Shown here: positions 58,667 through 64,000 of the stretch, piece after piece | Layout: the number at the start of each line of letters is the position of its first letter | How positions within the stretch are numbered: the stretch's first letter is position 1 | Source of the DNA: an uncultured Candidatus Saccharibacteria bacterium | GTDB lineage: Bacteria > Patescibacteriota > Minisyncoccia > UBA6257 > WO2-44-18 | Reading direction: 5' to 3' | Assembly (NCBI GenBank): GCA_964503795.1 | Contig: CAZDBT010000001.1 | Span: 4,518 to 68,517 of the forward strand | Length of the DNA: 64,000 nt | Translations under genes and position numbers: made by a program | The notes under the pieces: model-generated | What the model was told of the DNA's origin: nothing | Databases searched by the model: none | Seen by the model: the letters and a program-made list of their open reading frames with translations, nothing else

Positions 58667-59821
58667 TTATTTCGCCAGCTTTTTCAGCTTATTGACCCGG
58701 TCGGTCCGCTCCCAGGGCAAGTCAACATCCGTACGGCCAAAATGACCATAAGCCGCGGTAGGGAGGTAGATCGGGCGCAGTAGATCGAGATCGCGAATGA
58801 TCGCCGCCGGACGAAAATCAAAAACCTCGCTAACAATATCGGCGATCCGATTGTCGGATAGCTTGCCTGTGCCGAAAGTGTTCACATTGAACGCCAGCGG
58901 CCGACTCATACCGATCGCGTAGGCAACTTTCACTTCGGCTTTCTTGGCCAGCCCGGCGGCAACAATATTTTTCGCCGCCCAACGCATCGCGTAGGCCGCG
59001 GAGCGATCCACCTTGCTCGGATCCTTCCCGGAAAAAGCTCCTCCACCGTGCTTGGCCATTCCGCCATAGGTATCAACGATTATTTTTCTCCCCGTGAGCC
59101 CCGTGTCACCGGCCGGACCACCGATCACGAACCTCCCGGTCGGATTCACGAAAATTTCTGTCTCCTTATCAATAAACTTTTTTGGAACAACCGGTTTGAT
59201 GACTTTTTCTATCAAGGCCTTCCGCAGCTGCTCTCCGGAAAAATCCGGATGATGCTGGGTGGAAATTAAAATATTTTTTATCCGATGCGGCGCGCCATCC
59301 CGATACTCAATGGTCACTTGGGTTTTTCCGTCCGGTCGGAGGTTGGGGAGTGTGCCGTCTTTTCTAACTTGAGAAAGTTTCCAGGCCAGTAAATGCGCAA
59401 GCGCGATCGGCAAAGGCATCAAAGTTTTGGTTTCATCCGACGCGTAGCCATACATCATTCCCTGGTCTCCCGCTCCTTGCTCCATCGGATCCTTCCGATC
59501 CACGCCCATCGCGATATCCGGCGACTGACGATTGAGCATCAACGTAACTTTTACGGTTTTATAGTCCAAACCTTTTTCCACACTATCGTAACCGATATTT
59601 TTTATGACCCGCCGAGCAACTTTTTCCGCATCTACTTTCCCTTTGGAAGTTATCTCGCCACCAATTACTAACTGATCATTGCAGGCGAAAGTCTCACAAG
59701 CCACCCGAGATTTTGGGTCCTGCTTCAAATAGGCGTCTAAAATAGCGTCGCTTATCTGATCACAGACCTTATCCGGATGCCCCTCGGTAACCGATTCTGA
59801 AGCCAGGTAATCGATCTTCAT
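58667..59821 (-). CDS. metK: S-adenosylmethionine synthetase
   Basis: [26 protein letters not shown]. Confidence 0.98.
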   Translation of the reverse strand: MKIDYLASESVTEGHPDKVCDQISDAILDAYLKQDPKSRVACETFACNDQLVIGGEITSKGKVDAEKVARRVIKNIGYDSVEKGLDYKTVKVTLMLNRQSPDIAMGVDRKDPMEQGAGDQGMMYGYASDETKTLMPLPIALAHLLAWKLSQVRKDGTLPNLRPDGKTQVTIEYRDGAPHRIKNILISTQHHPDFSGEQLRKALIEKVIKPVVPKKFIDKETEIFVNPTGRFVIGGPAGDTGLTGRKIIVDTYGGMAKHGGGAFSGKDPSKVDRSAAYAMRWAAKNIVAAGLAKKAEVKVAYAIGMSRPLAFNVNTFGTGKLSDNRIADIVSEVFDFRPAAIIRDLDLLRPIYLPTAAYGHFGRTDVDLPWERTDRVNKLKKLAK

Positions 59822-59904
59822 ACCAGAATTCTAAACCCCATAATCCAAGCTGGCAAACCATTGAAATTGTGTTCAAATAAATACTCTGCTAACATTACTA
59901 GCAA

Positions 59905-60381
59905 ATGACCAATTTCGCAGAGTTCGAAAAAGCCAATGTCCCGGAAGAGGCTGCGGACAAAGCAAAATCCGAGTCGGCGCCGGAAACTAAAGAAGGCGTA
60001 CAGGAACAAATTGCTAAAGAAAGCAAAAAGCTGGAGTTAAACGTCGCCCTGATGGACGCCGGGTTGACCGACCTCAATAAGCAGGCGGAAAAACAAACCA
60101 GCCCGGAAGCCAAGATGACGCGCGAGGAAAAGCTTAAAAAAATTCAGGAAAGCTATGAGGTTGAGAAGACTGGAATAAATGTCTTCCCAATCGTTGGAAT
60201 CGCAATGTCTGTGTTCAGCGGCGCCATGATGCTTTCCCAAGGAAGCCCCGAGGATCTGCCGGGGACTCTCTTAATGTCGGGCGCTATTACAGCGGCAACT
60301 GCGGGCATTTGGGCTTTTGCTAGATTGCATGAATTCTTGAAATTCAAGAAGGAAACCAAGGCTGTGGAGAAAGAAGGATAA
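59905..60381 (+). CDS. Hypothetical protein, charged N-terminus plus two C-terminal TM helices
   Basis: 158-aa ORF, E/K-rich then two hydrophobic segments. Confidence 0.6.
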   Translation: MTNFAEFEKANVPEEAADKAKSESAPETKEGVQEQIAKESKKLELNVALMDAGLTDLNKQAEKQTSPEAKMTREEKLKKIQESYEVEKTGINVFPIVGIAMSVFSGAMMLSQGSPEDLPGTLLMSGAITAATAGIWAFARLHEFLKFKKETKAVEKEG

Positions 60382-60395
60382 AAATCAAAAATTAA

Positions 60396-60593
60396 ATGGA
60401 AAATAGACTAAACGAACTTGCGGAAAAAGCGAAAAATCAGACTCTCTCGCCAGAAGAGCAACAGGAGTTTTTGACGTTATTCAATCAGGAGATGGTAACT
60501 CTAGAAAAAGAGCAGCCGGAAAAATATTTGGAGATCCTCAAGGTTTTGAATAAAACCTTGGATAAAGTTAACGACACGCTCGCCGGTAGATAA
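60396..60593 (+). CDS. Small helical hypothetical protein
   Basis: 65 aa; N-terminus RLNELAEKAKNQTLSPEEQQE is reminiscent of DUF896/YnzC. Confidence 0.5.
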   Translation: MENRLNELAEKAKNQTLSPEEQQEFLTLFNQEMVTLEKEQPEKYLEILKVLNKTLDKVNDTLAGR

Positions 60594-60658
60594 GGTTCGG
60601 CTGTTCGATTCCAAAGGCAAGAAATACAAAACAGGGCAATTGCCCTGTTTTGTATTTG

Positions 60659-60730
60659 TGCCCCCGGAGGGAATCGAACCCCCATCTCTTGGTTCGAAGC
60701 CAAGTATTCTAACCATTGTACTACAGGGGC
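60659..60730 (-). tRNA. tRNA-Arg(TCG)
   Basis: Acceptor GCCCCTG/CGGGGGC, anticodon arm CTTGG-CTTCGAA-CCAAG, GGTTCGATTCC. Confidence 0.92.
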
Positions 60731-60773
60731 AAAGCTGTCTAAATCTCCTACATTATACCTTACTTTCCGTCTA

Positions 60774-60801
60774 TTGACAAATTCTTGCGGCCTGCTATAA
60801 T
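60774..60801 (+). promoter_or_regulatory. Consensus sigma-70 promoter
   Basis: TTGACA-16 nt-TATAAT with extended -10 TG. Confidence 0.75.
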
Positions 60802-60900
60802 GTGCCTAGAACTTCGTAATCGCTTCTACCTTATAGCTTGCCAATAGGCGGGCGGTAGGAGCACCAAACGGGGGCAACCCCATTTTTACAGGAGGTCGTC

Positions 60901-61797
60901 ATGTTCGATGTGAAAACGATGTTGACCGAAGAGGCCCAGAAATCCTGGACCGAGGGAAGATGGAAGGGCAAAATCACCATTCATGATTTTGTCCCGGCGA
61001 TGAAGTCGCTTGGTCGTCTCGCGACGACCGAAGACATCGACACCTACGTGGCATCGGCGAAGGCCGATGATCTCGACCAGCCGCTGACGCGGCACGATGT
61101 CCGGGAGCGGTTCAGAGGGGCGAAGAGCCTCGATGACTTTCCTGTGACTCGGGCGCTGCTCCGCTGGCTTCGCAGCCAGAAGGTCAACGGCCGGGAAGCG
61201 AACCTGGACTTCACCGTCTGGAAGGCAATGAAGACGCGGGCCAACAAGGAAGGTCGGCAGCTCGACCTCGCTTTGGGACAGGCGCTCTTCGCCACGATCA
61301 CGAAAGTGATCTCGGTGAAGGCGGCCGGTCCGGACACGACGGTCATCGACTACAAAGTCGGCGGCCGGTTCTCCTGCGCCTGGGACGGCTGCATCGGTCA
61401 GAGCATCCCCCAGATGCAGACGCTGACGGACCCGAACGGCCAGGTGCGGACCCATGAGAGCGGACCCCTCGCGGGCCAGGCTCTCCGGGTCGGCGACTTC
61501 CTGATCCGCCGGGGGAAGGACAACAGCTGGGAGATCCAGCCCCTGTGCCACGAGCACCGGAGACTGGCGGTCCAGGCCGGCAACACCACGTATCCCTTCG
61601 GGGACGCGATGGCGATCGTCGACTCTCTCAACGCCGCAGAGGCGGACGAGAAGGCGAGGGAGGCGAAACGTCTGGGCGATCTCGCGGCCATGAAGCAGCT
61701 GGCGGCGAGTTCTCCGGTGGCTGCCCAGCGGCAGCGCAACCAGGAGGTCCGCCAGACGGTCGCCGGAAACCGGATCAATCGTGATCGTCGCCGGTAG
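60901..61797 (+). CDS. Hypothetical protein with putative Zn-binding motif (CAWDGC...CHEH) and Arg-rich tail
   Basis: AGGAGG RBS, consensus promoter, high GC3, downstream terminator. Confidence 0.75.
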   Translation: MFDVKTMLTEEAQKSWTEGRWKGKITIHDFVPAMKSLGRLATTEDIDTYVASAKADDLDQPLTRHDVRERFRGAKSLDDFPVTRALLRWLRSQKVNGREANLDFTVWKAMKTRANKEGRQLDLALGQALFATITKVISVKAAGPDTTVIDYKVGGRFSCAWDGCIGQSIPQMQTLTDPNGQVRTHESGPLAGQALRVGDFLIRRGKDNSWEIQPLCHEHRRLAVQAGNTTYPFGDAMAIVDSLNAAEADEKAREAKRLGDLAAMKQLAASSPVAAQRQRNQEVRQTVAGNRINRDRRR

Positions 61798-61931
61798 CAC
61801 TAACCCCCCTGCGGAGGAGAGAGTAGAATCTCTTCTCCCAGGGGTCTTTTTTTGAAAATTTGATTCTTGGCGCATGCAATGGGCATGTTTCAAGAAACAA
61901 GTTTTTTAAAATCTTTTTGAGGAGCAGAGCC

Positions 61932-62672
61932 GTGAACAAACAAGAAAGAAGGCAGGCGAAAGATCAGATCGTTGCTTTGCTGGCCGAAGCCACAAAGGAC
62001 TTCGAAGACATCTTCGAAGAGCAGCGCCGCAAGCTGGGCATGGCCTTCAGAACACTGAACATCGGGAACCATCATTCCAAGATGGTCTTCCGCAGTTTGG
62101 GCGATGGCGAGCTTGAAGAAGCGAAAAAGCATCTCGACGAATGTCTGGAGAAGTACAACGAACTGAAACAGGCGAACATTCCCAGCATCTTCTTGCGGGA
62201 ACTCGTCAACGATGCCGGCCAGGAGCTTTACGAAGCTGTTCTGGGTTTCGAACTTTACCCTTTTTTGATCGGAAAAAACGATGCTCTTAAGATCAGCCTC
62301 CCCAATGACATGGACTTTGACATCACCCCACAGGCTCTGCTGGCTGGGATGGGGGATGTGGCCAGCGAACTGGGAAAGCTGATCGAGCTCATCTTCTACT
62401 ACCAGGTGAAGCATGGCTCTTTGAAGATCAGCCGCAAGGAACTCTTCGAGCGCCGGATCCTCATCGCCGAAGCAATCCAGGTCTACATGGATCGGTACGC
62501 CAGCGCCTACCCTCTGGTGCTGAGCGCCTCCCGTCGTCCCGGTCAGGGCTTCAGCAACAAGAAGCGTGGCGTGGACATGGGCAAGTTCTTCGGAATCAAG
62601 GACTACAACAACCTGATCGAAAGCGAGGAAGTCGAAGCGGATGAAGAAGTCGATCCGGCTCGGATCGGATAA
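61932..62672 (+). CDS. Translin/TRAX (C3PO)-like protein
   Basis: SK.VF..L..G...EA...L, AGQELYEA and LAGMGDVASEL match the translin QEYVEA / GLxDxxGEL motifs; GTG start behind GAGGAG. Confidence 0.6.
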   Translation: MNKQERRQAKDQIVALLAEATKDFEDIFEEQRRKLGMAFRTLNIGNHHSKMVFRSLGDGELEEAKKHLDECLEKYNELKQANIPSIFLRELVNDAGQELYEAVLGFELYPFLIGKNDALKISLPNDMDFDITPQALLAGMGDVASELGKLIELIFYYQVKHGSLKISRKELFERRILIAEAIQVYMDRYASAYPLVLSASRRPGQGFSNKKRGVDMGKFFGIKDYNNLIESEEVEADEEVDPARIG

Positions 62673-62678
62673 CAAGCA

Positions 62679-62702
62679 ACCCCGACGGGAAACCGTCGGG
62701 GT
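62679..62702. terminator. Intrinsic terminator between convergent genes
   Basis: ACCCCGACGG-GAAA-CCGTCGGGGT followed by CTTTTATTT. Confidence 0.75.
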
Positions 62703-62705
62703 CTT

Positions 62706-63677
62706 TTATTTAGCAAACGGGTTCCTGGCTCCGTGAATTTCAAAATGCAGATGGCAGCCGGTCGGGCCGTGTACCATGCCGGTATTGCCGATCTTGGCGA
62801 TCACATCGCCCTGCAAAACATAATCACCGACCGAGACCGAATTCTTTTCGGTGTGCGCGTATTTAGTAACCACGCCGTTCGGATGTTCTATCTCCACGAA
62901 TCCGCCGTAGCCGTCGTTCCAGCTGCCCGGGTCGCCGATGTGCGCCACTAAGCCTTCGGCGGACGCGTAGATCGGAGTGCCGCAAGCATTCGCGATATCC
63001 ACCGCGTTGAAATTGTGCAGCTGGCCCCAGTTCCAGCCAGTGGTTGGCAGGATGAAATAACCGGGATAATTCGGCAGGTTGGCCAAAGAAGCGCTAGCCA
63101 AAGTTTGTTTCGGTTTCGCGCCGGGAATTACCAATGTGGAACCGACTTTCAAATTTCCGGATGCCTGCTTGTTGTATTGAACGATCTTTGCGGGCGGAAC
63201 CCCGTAAAATTCGGCCAGCGAGTCAGTTGTATCGCCATCTTCCACGTGGTGTAATACTCCGGAGACCGGCAAGATAACCAACTCTTGCCCCAGCCGAAGA
63301 TTATTGCCCAAGCTGCTGTTCGCCCAAAAAATCGTGTTCAGAGAAATGCCGAAGTTGGAGGCGATCTTGGAAAGCGTATCTCCTTTTTGAACCTTATAAG
63401 TCAGCAGGCCGTCGCGGTTCGACAGGATTGTGCTTAATGGATTACCGGCGTTCAACATTGAGTCGCCATCAACCACCACGAACCCGGCGGTCTCATCGGG
63501 GTTACTGGCCACATCAAAGCTATCTCCGAGGATCTGATCGGCCGTCACCGAATCCTGCTGCAGACCAACCGATTCCTGCAGATCGGCAAATGCCTTGGGA
63601 ATCACCGATCCCTCGCCGGCCACCCGGTTACTGCGAGCTAAAACCAAAAAATTCAGGCCAATGCCCATAAGAACCAA
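62706..63677 (-). CDS. LysM + M23 peptidase family protein
   Basis: YKVQKGDTLSKIA LysM domains; HNFNAVD, YAH, HLHFE M23 motifs; start uncertain. Confidence 0.9.
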   Translation of the reverse strand: MVLMGIGLNFLVLARSNRVAGEGSVIPKAFADLQESVGLQQDSVTADQILGDSFDVASNPDETAGFVVVDGDSMLNAGNPLSTILSNRDGLLTYKVQKGDTLSKIASNFGISLNTIFWANSSLGNNLRLGQELVILPVSGVLHHVEDGDTTDSLAEFYGVPPAKIVQYNKQASGNLKVGSTLVIPGAKPKQTLASASLANLPNYPGYFILPTTGWNWGQLHNFNAVDIANACGTPIYASAEGLVAHIGDPGSWNDGYGGFVEIEHPNGVVTKYAHTEKNSVSVGDYVLQGDVIAKIGNTGMVHGPTGCHLHFEIHGARNPFAK

Positions 63678-63755
63678 AACAACCGGTATAACGGTTGTCA
63701 GCGGAAGCTTATTAAAAATTGTTCTTATCTTACCAATACTGATATAATATCACGA

Positions 63756-64000
63756 ATGAGCTCGATTCTCAACAATCTAAATGACAGCCAAAAAGAGGCT
63801 GTTGAGCACGAAACTGGCCCGATCTTGATCGCTGCCGGAGCTGGCTCCGGCAAAACTAAAACCCTCACCGCCCGCCTGGCCCGCCTGATAGAAAAAGGCG
63901 CCAAACCGGAAAGCATTATCGCCATTACCTTTACCAACAAGGCCGCCAAAGAGATGGGCGACCGGGTAGTCAAGCAGCTGGCCGGAGCGCCGTCTCCGTT
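63756..64000 (+). CDS. UvrD/PcrA helicase (partial, N-terminus)
   Basis: LNDSQKEAV...AGAGSGKT...AITFTNKAAKEM. Confidence 0.92.
   Translation, partial: MSSILNNLNDSQKEAVEHETGPILIAAGAGSGKTKTLTARLARLIEKGAKPESIIAITFTNKAAKEMGDRVVKQLAGAPSP

Noticed and set aside
59905-60593. Prophage or integrative island at tRNA-Arg
   Set aside because: Only two small ORFs; no integrase or direct repeat of the tRNA end seen
60886-62675. 335-aa and 261-aa - strand ORFs
   Set aside because: Antisense shadows of + strand genes that have promoter, RBS and terminator support

Overview
This 64-kb window looks like a Parcubacteria/Patescibacteria (CPR)-type bacterial chromosome. That assignment is inferred from gene repertoire and synteny (ftsK-rodZ-like-recA, a giant PG-binding surface protein, a split PMM, a translin-like gene). 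Bases 1-31.7 kb are a large cell-surface glycan locus: a nonulosonic acid module, a CDP-dideoxyhexose module, Gmd/Fcl-like enzymes, a C-methyltransferase, many glycosyltransferases and a Wzx flippase, with folD and glyA embedded. Bases 31.7-64 kb hold a 1252-aa S-layer-like protein, galU, clpB, iscS, ftsK, recA, cls, yvcK, yraN, metK, three tRNAs, a LysM/M23 peptidase and the start of uvrD/pcrA. The main finding is a ~2.5-kb cassette between the two halves of a phosphomannomutase. It carries two paralogous CLec-like genes whose 3' ends show the signature of diversity-generating retroelement (DGR) variable repeats (16 substitutions, all at codon positions 1-2, then a 30-nt invariant IMH-like tail and downstream hairpins), and these flank a hicBA toxin-antitoxin pair. 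No RT or template repeat is visible in the window, so these would be remote targets. Other signals: short 7-nt and 9-nt periodic repeats and a 16-bp palindrome lying in-frame inside housekeeping genes; a wHTH gene packed with a TTGCCG motif that recurs in a structured intergenic region with parS-like repeats; anti-T-loop inverted repeats behind two tRNAs; a MITE-like element; and a sigma-region-2-only gene coupled to a zinc-finger IscU-like gene. All calls come from motif recognition by eye; no database searches were run.
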